Shown piece by piece: positions 36,103-45,359 of a DNA stretch of 64,000 nucleotides. Source of the stretch: Dehalococcoidia bacterium (GTDB lineage Bacteria > Chloroflexota > Dehalococcoidia > Lucifugimonadales > UBA3495); contig CBDCPE010000003.1 of NCBI GenBank assembly GCA_965220055.1, forward strand, positions 19,374-83,373. The letters run 5' to 3'. The stretch's first letter is position 1; each line of letters begins with the position of its first letter. Below the pieces are notes generated by a model that saw only the letters and a program-made list of their open reading frames with translations, did no database searches and was not told where the DNA came from. The translations under genes and the position numbers were made by a program.

Positions 36103-37305
36103 TCAGACCAGGACGTCAAAGCCGTAGCCGGCGTTGTTCAGGGCGCCGTCCCCAAACCGGGACAGCTTCAGCGGGGAAATGTCCATGGTCGTGGCCGCGC
36201 CGCTGCCAATCAACTCGGCCATCACCACGCCCACCATGGGAGACAGCTTGAAGCCGTGGCCGCTGAAACCGGTGCACAGGTAAAGCCCGTCAACGCCGTC
36301 GACGCGATCCATGATGGGATGGGAGTCGGGCGTATTGGTGTACAACCCGGCGTATCCGGATGCCAGCTCCGCGTCGGCAATGGCGGGGATCCGCCGGGCC
36401 AGACGCTGCCATACGTCCTCGATGAACGACGGGCTGGCGCGTTGGGCGAACACCTCCGGATCGTCGACGACATCGGAGTGGTTGCCGTTGCCGACGAGGA
36501 TGAGGTCCTGGCCCTCGGGTCGGAAATAGATGCGATTACCGATGTCTGCCCCGCCGGGATGGTAGGGCAAGACTTCCAGCGGCCGGCGGAAGTGCAGGAC
36601 TTCATGGCGGGTCGCGACGAGGGGCACCTCGATACCGTGGGGAGCCAGGAAACGCGCCGTCCACGGGCCAGTGGCCACCACGGCGGTGCTGGTCTCGATG
36701 CGCTCCCCCGCGGCGGTTCTTACCGCCACGACCCGGCTGCCGTCTTCGCTGGTTTCGATGGCTTCCGCAGGGGTTTGCAGCCGGATGGTCACGCCCTCGC
36801 TGCGGGCGCGGGTGGCGTAGGCGTACGCGGTCCCCGAGGCATCGGCATGGCCGGAATACGGCTCATAGGCGATGCCCGCCGCGTCGGCAACCTCAAACCC
36901 GGGGGCCAGTTCGGCGGCATCGGCCGCGCTGATGATGTCGGTAATGACGCCCACCGACTGCTGCGTGGCAATGTTGGACCGGAAAGACGGCAGGTCGTCT
37001 GGGCCAGCGAACACCAGGTAACCGGTGCGGGTGTACCCGCATTCACCGCCGATCATGTCGGCGAAGTTGCGGAAGATGTGCAGGCTCCGCCAGGCCAGCT
37101 CCGCGTTGACGGCGGTGGAGTAGTGCATGCGGACCGCGCCGCTGCTGCGTCCGGTGGACCCGCTGCCCAGGGTGTCGCGCTCGAGGAGCACGACGCGGCG
37201 GAGGCCGTGGTCGGCGGCGGTGAGGGCCAGGTTGCAGGCGATGCTGCAACCCATGACGCCTCCCCCGATGATGACGACGTCGGCGGTTTCGGTCGCGCTG
37301 GTCAT
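36103..37305 (-). CDS. FAD-dependent oxidoreductase (DAO / sarcosine oxidase beta-like)
   Basis: DVVIIGGGVMGCSIA dinucleotide-binding motif with a DAO-family pattern. Confidence 0.85.
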   Translation of the reverse strand: MTSATETADVVIIGGGVMGCSIACNLALTAADHGLRRVVLLERDTLGSGSTGRSSGAVRMHYSTAVNAELAWRSLHIFRNFADMIGGECGYTRTGYLVFAGPDDLPSFRSNIATQQSVGVITDIISAADAAELAPGFEVADAAGIAYEPYSGHADASGTAYAYATRARSEGVTIRLQTPAEAIETSEDGSRVVAVRTAAGERIETSTAVVATGPWTARFLAPHGIEVPLVATRHEVLHFRRPLEVLPYHPGGADIGNRIYFRPEGQDLILVGNGNHSDVVDDPEVFAQRASPSFIEDVWQRLARRIPAIADAELASGYAGLYTNTPDSHPIMDRVDGVDGLYLCTGFSGHGFKLSPMVGVVMAELIGSGAATTMDISPLKLSRFGDGALNNAGYGFDVLV

Positions 37306-37796
37306 GGCGCAGATGCTTCCGCTGGGAAGAGTTCCTGGAGGAGGTTGATTGCAGCTATGACTTCGTGCGTGTCGGCGGTGACTGTAACGTCCGATAGATC
37401 ATTCTCATAAAAATGCTGATGCAGGCTTCTGGCCGTAGACAGACCATGCCGCAAGGCGTCACCGGCTGCGGAGTCTAGGGACCGTACCAACAAAGCGATT
37501 TGGTCCGCCGCCCCGATGATGCTTGCGTGGTGGGTTACGCGCAACCCATGGTCGGCGGCAACGGCCTTGATGGTCTGGGCGTACGCTCCCCACGACTTTT
37601 CTGCAGCTTGCAGATAATCGCTTTCATCTAGGCTCTTTTGGACGTGCTCACGATAGTGGGCCAAATTGCCGCGATAGACCGCTGACTGGTGCGAAGCTTC
37701 GGTCGGGGACAGGTCAACGGACTGCCGGCCCTCTCTAAGGCCGGCGCGAATCGCTTCGGCCACTCGCTCGGTTGAGAAGTTTGACTCCTGCACCAT
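37302..37796 (-). CDS. HEPN-superfamily-like (PaREP1-type) helical protein
   Basis: Start MVQESNF. ..AAEKSWGAYAQTIKAVA ... SLHQHFYEND is a divergent paralog of 5670-6047. Its stop overlaps the ATG of the FAD oxidoreductase gene. Confidence 0.5.
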   Translation of the reverse strand: MVQESNFSTERVAEAIRAGLREGRQSVDLSPTEASHQSAVYRGNLAHYREHVQKSLDESDYLQAAEKSWGAYAQTIKAVAADHGLRVTHHASIIGAADQIALLVRSLDSAAGDALRHGLSTARSLHQHFYENDLSDVTVTADTHEVIAAINLLQELFPAEASAP

Positions 37797-37852
37797 ATCG
37801 TCGTCTCCGTGTCCTCCAGTTGGAATCATAACACGGAGCGGCAATGGCGAAG

Positions 37853-38257
37853 TTATCCTCGTTCGCGCGACCGGCGGACCTGAAAAGTAGTACCCCGTTG
37901 TTTCCGCATCCAACGCAGGAAGTCCGCGACGCTGGGGTTCGCCCTGAGCAGCGCCACGCTGTACAGCTCTTCGGCCAGCGTGGTCACCGAAAACATGGCG
38001 TGGACCTGCCGGTGACAAGTGGGACACAGCAACGCGGTCGGCCCGTGGTTCCCGCCGCGGGCGCGGGGGATCAGATGATGGACGGTGAAGCGTTCGACCG
38101 TCCTTTCGCACAGCTCGCAGCTGCTGTCGGAGCCTCCCCGGGCGCGGTGTCGTCGGATCCCGCTGCGCTCTTCGTGGGATTCGTGGGGGGCGTCGGATGC
38201 GACGGCTTGCTCTTTGCGCGCGCCGCGTGAACGGGTGCGAACGGGTCGCCTAGCCAT
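37853..38257 (-). CDS. HNH endonuclease
   Basis: CELC..(x)..HHLIPRARGG..N...LCPTCHRQVH is a beta-beta-alpha-Me / HNH motif. The preferred ATG lies 2 nt after the upstream gene's stop. Confidence 0.75.
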   Translation of the reverse strand: MARRPVRTRSRGARKEQAVASDAPHESHEERSGIRRHRARGGSDSSCELCERTVERFTVHHLIPRARGGNHGPTALLCPTCHRQVHAMFSVTTLAEELYSVALLRANPSVADFLRWMRKQRGTTFQVRRSRERG

Positions 38258-38738
38258 TGCCGCCCTGGCCGGGCGTGTCCAGGAATCGCCAGCCGGGGAG
38301 ATCAACCTGCCATTGGGCGTCTTCGAGCAGCATCGGGATCATCAGGCCCGACATCAGGCGGCTGTGCTGTACTACCGTCTCGTCGGTCACGCCGAAGGGC
38401 AGGAATACGAAAGCGTGTTGGTCGTCCACGTAACGGGTGGGCGCGGCGGCCAGTTCGGTAAGGTCTTCCAGCGGCCACAGGCGCAGGACGGTGGTGCGGA
38501 AGTCGTCCATCATGGACCCGCGCATGGGATGATCGTGGTCGTAGGCGGCGCGATAGGCTACCTGCATGTCGATGTTGAGGCGGGTCGCCCAGACGCCCAA
38601 GCGCATGCCGCGGGTTTCCTTGGAAAGCATCGACCAGGCTAGGTCCATGTCCCCGTCGCGTATGGATTCGGCGAAGAGGCCGGCGCGCTGCCCAACCTCG
38701 TCGGGTTCCTGGCTGCGGCGGTGCCCGGGCATTCGCAT
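38250..38738 (-). CDS. Hypothetical protein (162 aa)
   Basis: ORF upstream of, and nearly abutting, the HNH gene. No confident motif. Confidence 0.5.
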   Translation of the reverse strand: MRMPGHRRSQEPDEVGQRAGLFAESIRDGDMDLAWSMLSKETRGMRLGVWATRLNIDMQVAYRAAYDHDHPMRGSMMDDFRTTVLRLWPLEDLTELAAAPTRYVDDQHAFVFLPFGVTDETVVQHSRLMSGLMIPMLLEDAQWQVDLPGWRFLDTPGQGGNG

Positions 38739-38783
38739 GGCGATTATCCTTGGCGTGGACGGTTCGGAGTCGAAAGTACTGGC

Positions 38784-40526
38784 TCAGTACCCAACTGCGT
38801 ACCCGTCGTAGCGGGGGTCGGCGGCGCCGTGCAACGCGCCGGTGTCGGGGTCGATGTAGAGAGCCATTTCGCGCCCGGTGACGCCGTCCCACGCGTCCAG
38901 CTCGTGTACCGGATGGCCCATCGCCCTGAGCTGCCGTAACTCCGCCTGGTCAAAACGGTTTTCGATCAGCAGGCGGTCTACCGCGGTATGGGGTATTGTG
39001 GATTCGGTGCCGTCGCCCACATGCTTCCAGCGGGGAGCCTCGACCGCCTCCTGGACCGTCATGCCGTAGTCGACCAGGTTGGCGATGACCTGCATGTTGC
39101 TCTGCACCTGGCAGTCGGCGCCGGGGGTGCCCAGCACGTAGGTCAAGCTTCGGTTGGACGAAGAACTGCCGTTGCCGGCTGTCGGCCGGTGGAACACCAT
39201 CACAGGGTTCATGGTGTGGCGCACGCGCTTGCCCGGTTGCAGGCAGTCCACGTGGTCCGGATCCAGATGCCAGTAGGTCATGCGGTTGTTGAGCAGGATG
39301 CCGGTATCGCCCGCCACCAGCGAGGATCCCCAGCCGCTCTGGATGCTCTGCAGCTGGCACACCGCGTTGCCGGCCCGGTCGGCGACCACGAAGCAGGTGG
39401 TGTCTTCCTGCTCTAAGCGCGGACCGCGACGCCGGGTGCCCACGCCGGCCGGTGACCTGCGCTGACCCGCGGGTTGGTGTGGCCACGGATCGCCAGCGCT
39501 CATGTTCTCCGAAGCGCGCTCCAGGTCGATGGCGGCAGCCCGTTCCTCGGCGTACTCGGCAGACAGCATTCCCGCGATGGGAACGTCGATATAGTCGGGG
39601 TCCGCGACGTAGGCTTCGCGGTCGGCGAAAGCCATCTTCTTGGCCTCGACCATCAGGTGGATGGAGGCCGCAGAACCGAACCCCATGCTCGCTATGTCGT
39701 GCTGCCGGATCACGTTGAGTTCCTGCAGCAGGATATGGCCGCTGGAATTGGGCGGCGCTTCGTACACCGTGTAATCGCCGTAGTCAGTGGAAATAGGGTC
39801 CTGCCAGCGCGCCGAGCAGTCGTTCAGGTCGGCCATGGTGAGCAGACCCCCCTGTTCGTCGCTGAATCGGACGATGGCTTCGCCTATCTCACCCCGGTAG
39901 AAGACATCCCAACCCTGCTCGGCGATGGCTGACAGTGTGCGGGCCAGGTTGCCCTGCCGAAGAATTTCGCCGGCGCGCAGCGGCTCGCCGGACCCGTCGC
40001 GCGTGAAGATCGCGCGGCTGGTCGGGAACTCGCACAGGAGCGAGTCGCCGGCGATGGCTGACGCCAGGTAGTGCGTAACGGGGAAACCATCATCGGCCAG
40101 GGCGATGGCCGGTGCGAGCACGTCCGCCAGGGGCAGGGCTCCGTATTCCGAATGCACGTCCAGCCACGCGTTGAGCAGACCCGGCACCGACACGCTCAGG
40201 ATCCCCTTCATGGGGATGCCGTCGCGATACCGCTCCAGGGTTGCGCTGTAGGGCGCGGCTCCGGTCCCGTTTGATACCCGCAGGCGGTCGTCCTCAGACC
40301 GGTAGGCCATGATGAACCCATCACCGCCGATTCCGGACATCAGCGGTTCGACAACGTTGAGGACCGCGGCGGTGGCAATGGCGGCGTCGAACGCGTTTCC
40401 ACCCTTCTGCAGGACGGATATGCCCGCCTGGGCGGCCAGGGGATGGCCGGCGCAGACCATGCCGTTCCGTCCCATCACCACTGGGCGGTGGGCCGAGTAA
40501 CGAATACCGTGGGGCGTAGCAGACAT
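38784..40526 (-). CDS. ggt: Gamma-glutamyltransferase
   Basis: 580 aa with the GGT pattern, including the autoprocessing site ..DTTCFVVADR.. Confidence 0.9.
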   Translation of the reverse strand: MSATPHGIRYSAHRPVVMGRNGMVCAGHPLAAQAGISVLQKGGNAFDAAIATAAVLNVVEPLMSGIGGDGFIMAYRSEDDRLRVSNGTGAAPYSATLERYRDGIPMKGILSVSVPGLLNAWLDVHSEYGALPLADVLAPAIALADDGFPVTHYLASAIAGDSLLCEFPTSRAIFTRDGSGEPLRAGEILRQGNLARTLSAIAEQGWDVFYRGEIGEAIVRFSDEQGGLLTMADLNDCSARWQDPISTDYGDYTVYEAPPNSSGHILLQELNVIRQHDIASMGFGSAASIHLMVEAKKMAFADREAYVADPDYIDVPIAGMLSAEYAEERAAAIDLERASENMSAGDPWPHQPAGQRRSPAGVGTRRRGPRLEQEDTTCFVVADRAGNAVCQLQSIQSGWGSSLVAGDTGILLNNRMTYWHLDPDHVDCLQPGKRVRHTMNPVMVFHRPTAGNGSSSSNRSLTYVLGTPGADCQVQSNMQVIANLVDYGMTVQEAVEAPRWKHVGDGTESTIPHTAVDRLLIENRFDQAELRQLRAMGHPVHELDAWDGVTGREMALYIDPDTGALHGAADPRYDGYAVGY

Positions 40527-40615
40527 CAGGACGTCGCTCCTATTGATTGAGTTGCCGGCCAGTAAGCAGTGCCGCGGCTTTTGGCCTCATCGGGCCGTCC
40601 AACGCCGGACCAGCC

Positions 40616-41431
40616 CTAGGAAGCTGCTGCACCTACGGGACGGATCGAAGCCAGCATATCGATAGACACGCCTCCCCTGGAGAAGAACACCTCCAGCTCG
40701 GGAGAATAACTGCCGCCGGAACTCCTGAGGGTGTTGAGCAGGGTGTCGGTGCCGATGCTCAGAATGGAAGAGGGATCGTGCAGAACCGTTTCTAAATTTT
40801 TCGCGCCGCACAGGTCCAACGCGGCGAAGATCGTGTCGTGCAGGAAAGCCTCCGCAAGGTCGGTGTTTTCCAGCAGTGCCAGGTTGAAGTTGGCGTGGGC
40901 CAGGTTCGCCTGGGCAAGGGTCGCGTCTGTGAACACCGTTTTGTAAAAGGTGGAGTTCGAGAGGTTGGCGGACTGCACGTCGGCCCAGGTCAGATCGGCC
41001 TCGGAAAAATCGGAATGGCTGCAATACGTGCCGCGTAGAACAGCGTAACTGAGATCGGTGCCGCGGAGGTTTATCTGGCTCAGGTCGGCCCGCGCGAGAT
41101 TGGCTCCCTGCAGCATGGCGTGAGACAGGTTGGCCTCACGCAGGGTGGCGCCATGCAGGCTGGCGCCCCGCAGGTCCGCGCTCTGCAGGTTCGCCCCGGT
41201 GAGATCGCAGAAGTGAAGGTCGGCCCCGCGCAGGTCGGTGTCGCCCAGGTCCGAGCCGCTGAAGTTAAGGTGGGTGAAATCGGCCCATGACAAATTCGCG
41301 CCGTGGAGCCGTGAGTCAGCGAAGGAGATACGGGTGAGGTCCTCATTCGATCGCAGCTCGTTCCATATCGACACGTCTTTGCGCAATCGGCTCAGGCATT
41401 GCTCTTTCGAGACGGCGGGCCAGAGTTTCAT
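40616..41431 (-). CDS. Pentapeptide repeat-containing protein
   Basis: Many consecutive A(D/N)LxG-type pentapeptides (ANLSWADFTHLNFSGSDLGDTDLRGADL...). Confidence 0.85.
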   Translation of the reverse strand: MKLWPAVSKEQCLSRLRKDVSIWNELRSNEDLTRISFADSRLHGANLSWADFTHLNFSGSDLGDTDLRGADLHFCDLTGANLQSADLRGASLHGATLREANLSHAMLQGANLARADLSQINLRGTDLSYAVLRGTYCSHSDFSEADLTWADVQSANLSNSTFYKTVFTDATLAQANLAHANFNLALLENTDLAEAFLHDTIFAALDLCGAKNLETVLHDPSSILSIGTDTLLNTLRSSGGSYSPELEVFFSRGGVSIDMLASIRPVGAAAS

Positions 41432-41532
41432 GACCGGACTCCTGGTTCGATGGTTGCCTAATGATGGCAGCGATCGGCGCGATTAATCAACCGCCTGCGC
41501 TGCCGGTATGGGCGTTTGGCGGGCCCGTATGC

Positions 41533-41566
41533 AAAAGCCCCGGCAGCCTGTAGCGCCGGGGCTTTT
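41533..41566. terminator. Bidirectional intrinsic terminator
   Basis: AAAAGCCCCGGC-AGCCTGTAGC-GCCGGGGCTTTT, downstream of the IscA-like gene. Confidence 0.7.
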
Positions 41567-41623
41567 GACTTGGATTGTCGGCGGCCCCGGGCGCGGCCCG
41601 AGACTGCCGGAGGTTCCGAAGAC

Positions 41624-42007
41624 CTAGTGTCCGCCGCAGCCACATCCTCCGCCGCCGCTGCCGCAACCACATCCGCCGCCACCGCTGCCGCAACCACATC
41701 CGCCGCTGCCGCATCCGCCGCCGGCGTACATGGGGTTATTGATCACGAAGCCGACACGGCCGCCGAACTCCTCTACGTAATCGATGGTGGCTTCTTCCAA
41801 GAACGGCGCGCTGTCCGAGTCCAGGAGGAATTCCATGCCGTCCATGCGGAGTACGGTGTCGTCAGGCTGGTGCTCCTTCTCCATGGTCAGCATGTACTGC
41901 AGGCCTTGACCGGCCGGCATGGCAACCACCCGCAGGGCGGAACCGGTTTCGTCCTCGGCGGTGACCACTTCCTTGAGTTTTTCGATGGCCAGAGGGGTAA
42001 CGTTCAT
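41624..42007 (-). CDS. HesB/IscA-like A-type carrier domain protein with a Gly/Cys-repeat C-terminal tail
   Basis: Start MNVTPLAIEKLKEV.. with an AGGAG RBS. HesB-like fold pattern. C-terminus is GGGCGSGGCGCGSGGGGCGCGSGGGGCGCGGH. Confidence 0.7.
   Translation of the reverse strand: MNVTPLAIEKLKEVVTAEDETGSALRVVAMPAGQGLQYMLTMEKEHQPDDTVLRMDGMEFLLDSDSAPFLEEATIDYVEEFGGRVGFVINNPMYAGGGCGSGGCGCGSGGGGCGCGSGGGGCGCGGH
41633..41722. repeat. Coding ~27-nt tandem repeats (Gly/Cys tail)
   Basis: CCGCTGCCGCAACCACATCCGCCGCC repeated on the plus strand. Confidence 0.8.
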
Positions 42008-42130
42008 CGTCGTCGCTCCTGAATAGCGCAAGTGTTGGGATCGCGTTGGCAGATTCCTACATCCTTAAGGTGAGGCCAGCCTATCACGCGGTAACCAGGG
42101 GCGTCAATTGCGGCCGCGCGTTGAGCAAGG

Positions 42131-43201
42131 TTATTCGGCTTCAGACTCGCAAAACGGTCGAACCGATCCTATCCCAGTGACGGAAACCTGATGCCGGTCG
42201 ACAGCCGCGACTTCCCCTTCGAGAACATCCATGGTGCGCCATTTTGTTGGGCCGCTCTCGACTAGGATTTTACGCCCCACTTCTAACCCGTGGTTTTCGT
42301 CCCAGAAGTCCAAGCCGTATGTCGGTAGCGCGTCTCCACCTGCTACATTCATTGGTCGAGAAGCATCCGGGAGGAATGGAACGCCACGTTCACAGACGAT
42401 GCGGAGTTGGCGCGGGTCGCCTCCATCCACGGCAACGCTAACTCGCTGTGTGAGAAGGACGGCTAGATAGCAGCGGGCATCAATCTGAGATATCGCGATA
42501 TCTGAAACACGCACAACGCCCTGGCGCATAGGGATAATGTACCAAAGTCCATCAGTGCCTCGGTCAATCACACCCAAGTGGGTGCCGGCTGGGCTGTAAA
42601 CAATTCCGCTGCGGTGTTCCTTGGTTTGACCGCGCCAATCGACTTTGGTGTCTTTGCCCGGATCTCGTGGCTGTGGCGGCAAGACGTTGAGTGTGTACGC
42701 AAAATACTGAACTGCTGGATCATCAGATTTGAGCAGTGCATCGTACGCGCTGGACAGAAGTTGGTTGACGCAATCATCTTTGACGTTGAAGTTTCGGCGT
42801 ACGGCATCAGCGAGAGCTTCGCGGCAGGTGGTATGCTCCTCGAACAGCCAGTTTGCGTACCACTTGACGACAGTTTCCTTTTCCGACCCTGGGGCCCAAG
42901 CGAGCGTAGGGCGGTAGAAGATCGCATCTCTTACTGTACGCTCGATCCGGTCGGTTACCGTCATGCGGTGATCTGAGGGCATGGAAAGTTGCCACAGGGC
43001 GTGGAGAAGTTCCCTGTGAATGGGGAGCGAAGACGACGGATCTCGGGCCGGTGGTTCCCTTGACGCGAGTAGCCAAAGCGCCCCAAATGCGCGCGTAACC
43101 CAGGCGGTCGAGTGTACGGTGTCCAGTCCTGCCACATGCGGTCGGGTGCGGTTCCTGTCAAGCCGTTTCATTGGGTCGCATAGGGAACGGCTGGTTTGCA
43201 A
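42131..43201 (-). CDS. Hypothetical protein (start uncertain; alternative ATGs at 42982 and 42964)
   Basis: Long ORF in a lower-GC stretch. No recognised motif. Confidence 0.5.
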   Translation of the reverse strand: MQTSRSLCDPMKRLDRNRTRPHVAGLDTVHSTAWVTRAFGALWLLASREPPARDPSSSLPIHRELLHALWQLSMPSDHRMTVTDRIERTVRDAIFYRPTLAWAPGSEKETVVKWYANWLFEEHTTCREALADAVRRNFNVKDDCVNQLLSSAYDALLKSDDPAVQYFAYTLNVLPPQPRDPGKDTKVDWRGQTKEHRSGIVYSPAGTHLGVIDRGTDGLWYIIPMRQGVVRVSDIAISQIDARCYLAVLLTQRVSVAVDGGDPRQLRIVCERGVPFLPDASRPMNVAGGDALPTYGLDFWDENHGLEVGRKILVESGPTKWRTMDVLEGEVAAVDRHQVSVTGIGSVRPFCESEAE

Positions 43202-43291
43202 GCCCGCCCAGCGGTGCCTATACTGCGCCCATCAACGACCAGCCCCAGCGACCCGGACCGATTCCGGCGGCCCACAGCGAGGAGGCTCCTG

Positions 43292-44458
43292 ATGCCCAAA
43301 GACAAGGTGGAAGTTTTCTGGTTCTCCGAACAGCCCTACGGCCACGTTACCGACGACGAGGTATCGCAGTACGAGTCAGGGCGTCTGGATTTCTCCAATT
43401 CCCACTTCGATCCGGAGAAGGCGCACATTCTCTACAACCAGTACCACGATCAATATGCCTGGGCCGACCAAAATGGGTTCGACGGCATCATGTCCAACGA
43501 GCACCACGCTTCGTACTGGTGCATGAAGCCGGCGGTCAACATCGACGCCGCCGTCATCGCCAAGGTGACGCGCAACACCAAAATCGCCATCCTGGGCAAC
43601 GTCATCGCGGTCAATGACCCCATCCGCATGGCCGAGGAAATCGCCATGCTGGATTGCATCTCCGGCGGGCGGATCATCTCCGGTTTCGTCCGGGGTACTG
43701 CGGTGGAGACCCTGCAAGGGGGCATTGCTCCGCCGCAAAACCGCGATCGGTTCGAGGAAGCCCACGACCTCATCATCAAGTGCTGGACCGAACCGGGGCC
43801 CTTCCGCTATGAGGGCGAGTATTACCATTATCGGAAGGTGAACCCGTGGGTGCTGCCCATGCAGAAGCCCCATCCTCCCATCTGGTTCCCCGGTTTCAGC
43901 AGCCCCGAGTCGGTAGTGTGGGCGGCCCGGCACCAGCACCCTTACATGAACCTGGGGTCGCTGCTGGACCACACCCACCGTCTGCGCGACGTGTACATCG
44001 ACACTGCGCGTGAGACGGGCTTCGAGCCCGGTCCGGAGCACTTCGGCTACCTGCTGCGGATATTCTGCGCCGACACCGACGAGAAGGCCCAGGAGATCGG
44101 CCGCGAGTTCCTCTGGACCCAGGAACACCGCAACCGCGGCCCTCGCGAACACAACGACCCGCCCGGGTACCAGTCCCGCGAGGCGGTCGACATCCAGCGG
44201 ACTCTGCCGGGCGCCGGCGGGTTCGGGAGGACGATGACCTACGAGGAGCTGCAGGATGCCAACAACATCATCGTGGGCAGCCCCGACACGGTGCGGGAAA
44301 AGCTTTCCATGATCGTCGAACGCCTCAATCCCGGCTACCTGCATATCTATGGCAACGAGGGTGCCATGGCCCACGAGGACGTGATGCGCTCCATCGAGCT
44401 GATCGGCCGCGAGGTCATCCCCGCGCTGCACGAGATCCCGCTGGTGGACCACTACTAG
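43292..44458 (+). CDS. LLM-class flavin-dependent oxidoreductase
   Basis: Start MPKDKVEVFWF with a GAGGAGG RBS. ..GFDGIMSNEHH.., ..MAEEIAMLDCISGGR is a luciferase-like pattern. Confidence 0.85.
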   Translation: MPKDKVEVFWFSEQPYGHVTDDEVSQYESGRLDFSNSHFDPEKAHILYNQYHDQYAWADQNGFDGIMSNEHHASYWCMKPAVNIDAAVIAKVTRNTKIAILGNVIAVNDPIRMAEEIAMLDCISGGRIISGFVRGTAVETLQGGIAPPQNRDRFEEAHDLIIKCWTEPGPFRYEGEYYHYRKVNPWVLPMQKPHPPIWFPGFSSPESVVWAARHQHPYMNLGSLLDHTHRLRDVYIDTARETGFEPGPEHFGYLLRIFCADTDEKAQEIGREFLWTQEHRNRGPREHNDPPGYQSREAVDIQRTLPGAGGFGRTMTYEELQDANNIIVGSPDTVREKLSMIVERLNPGYLHIYGNEGAMAHEDVMRSIELIGREVIPALHEIPLVDHY

Positions 44459-44463
44459 GCGGA

Positions 44464-44895
44464 ATGCGGTTTCCGGCAACGTTCATCGCCGCGGCCGCGT
44501 TGTCCCTGCTGCTCGCGGCAGGCTGCACGGCTGGCGGCGATGTTGTTTGTCCTGTTGGGATGGATCCCTTCACCGAACTCAACGTCTACTTTGGTTTGGA
44601 AAAGAGCAGCGGAGAGACAGTCAGCGAGGAAGAGTGGCAGACTTTCCTGGCGGGATCGGTGACGCCACGCTTTCCCGACGGGCTGACAGTGCTCGACGCC
44701 CGCGGCCAGTGGTTGGACACGGACGAAGGGCGGCTTTACCGGGAGTCGACCAGGCTGTTGAACGTGCTGGTTCCCGCCGATGCCTCTGACGATGGCGTTA
44801 GCGCTGTTCGGGACATCGCCGATACATATAAGGAAAGGTTCGAGCAACAGGCGGTTTTTTACACGACGCTGCCGGCTTGCGCGGCGGTGTACTGA
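44464..44895 (+). CDS. DUF3574-like lipoprotein
   Basis: Lipobox LLAAGC. ..ELNVYFGLEKSSGETVSEEEWQTFL...VTPRFPDGLTVLDARGQW.. Confidence 0.65.
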   Translation: MRFPATFIAAAALSLLLAAGCTAGGDVVCPVGMDPFTELNVYFGLEKSSGETVSEEEWQTFLAGSVTPRFPDGLTVLDARGQWLDTDEGRLYRESTRLLNVLVPADASDDGVSAVRDIADTYKERFEQQAVFYTTLPACAAVY

Positions 44896-45332
44896 CGGGG
44901 TCTGCAGCATTGAGCGCTCATGTGCGGTTGTTCCTGCTGGGAGCGGCGATGGTGGGCTGCATAGCCGAAACGAAGTTCCGATGCCCCGAGGGGTTGCAGC
45001 AGGTGGTGCGGTTCGAGTTGTTCTTCGGATTGGACCACGCCGACGGTCGGTCGGTTTCGCCAGAGGAGTGGGAGGCGTTCGTGGCCGACACCATAACGCC
45101 CCGGTTCCCGTTGGGGTTGAGCGCGTTCGACGTGAAGGGGCAGTGGCAACGTCCGGACGGCACCGTCGAACGGGAGAACACCAAGATGGTCATGCTGGCG
45201 CATCCACCGCCCGCGGATGCCGGAATGTCCCTCGTCGACGAAATATCCCGGGAGTACCAGCGGCGGTTTGACCAGGACCCGGTGTTTCGCTCCGTCAGCC
45301 ATAACGAGTGTTCCGGCCTCTTTGTTGAATGA
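44877..45332 (+). CDS. DUF3574-like protein, tandem paralog
   Basis: ..FELFFGLDHADGRSVSPEEWEAFV..ITPRFPLGLSAFDVKGQW.. Start uncertain. Confidence 0.6.
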   Translation: MRGGVLTGSAALSAHVRLFLLGAAMVGCIAETKFRCPEGLQQVVRFELFFGLDHADGRSVSPEEWEAFVADTITPRFPLGLSAFDVKGQWQRPDGTVERENTKMVMLAHPPPADAGMSLVDEISREYQRRFDQDPVFRSVSHNECSGLFVE

Positions 45333-45359
45333 ACGACGTGGGATGACAGGGGGAATACT

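Noticed and set aside
37302-38111. The 269-aa long form of the HEPN-like ORF.
   Set aside because: Its N-terminal 105 codons overlap the HNH gene in another frame and are low complexity. The start at 37796 (MVQES) gives a compact helical protein.
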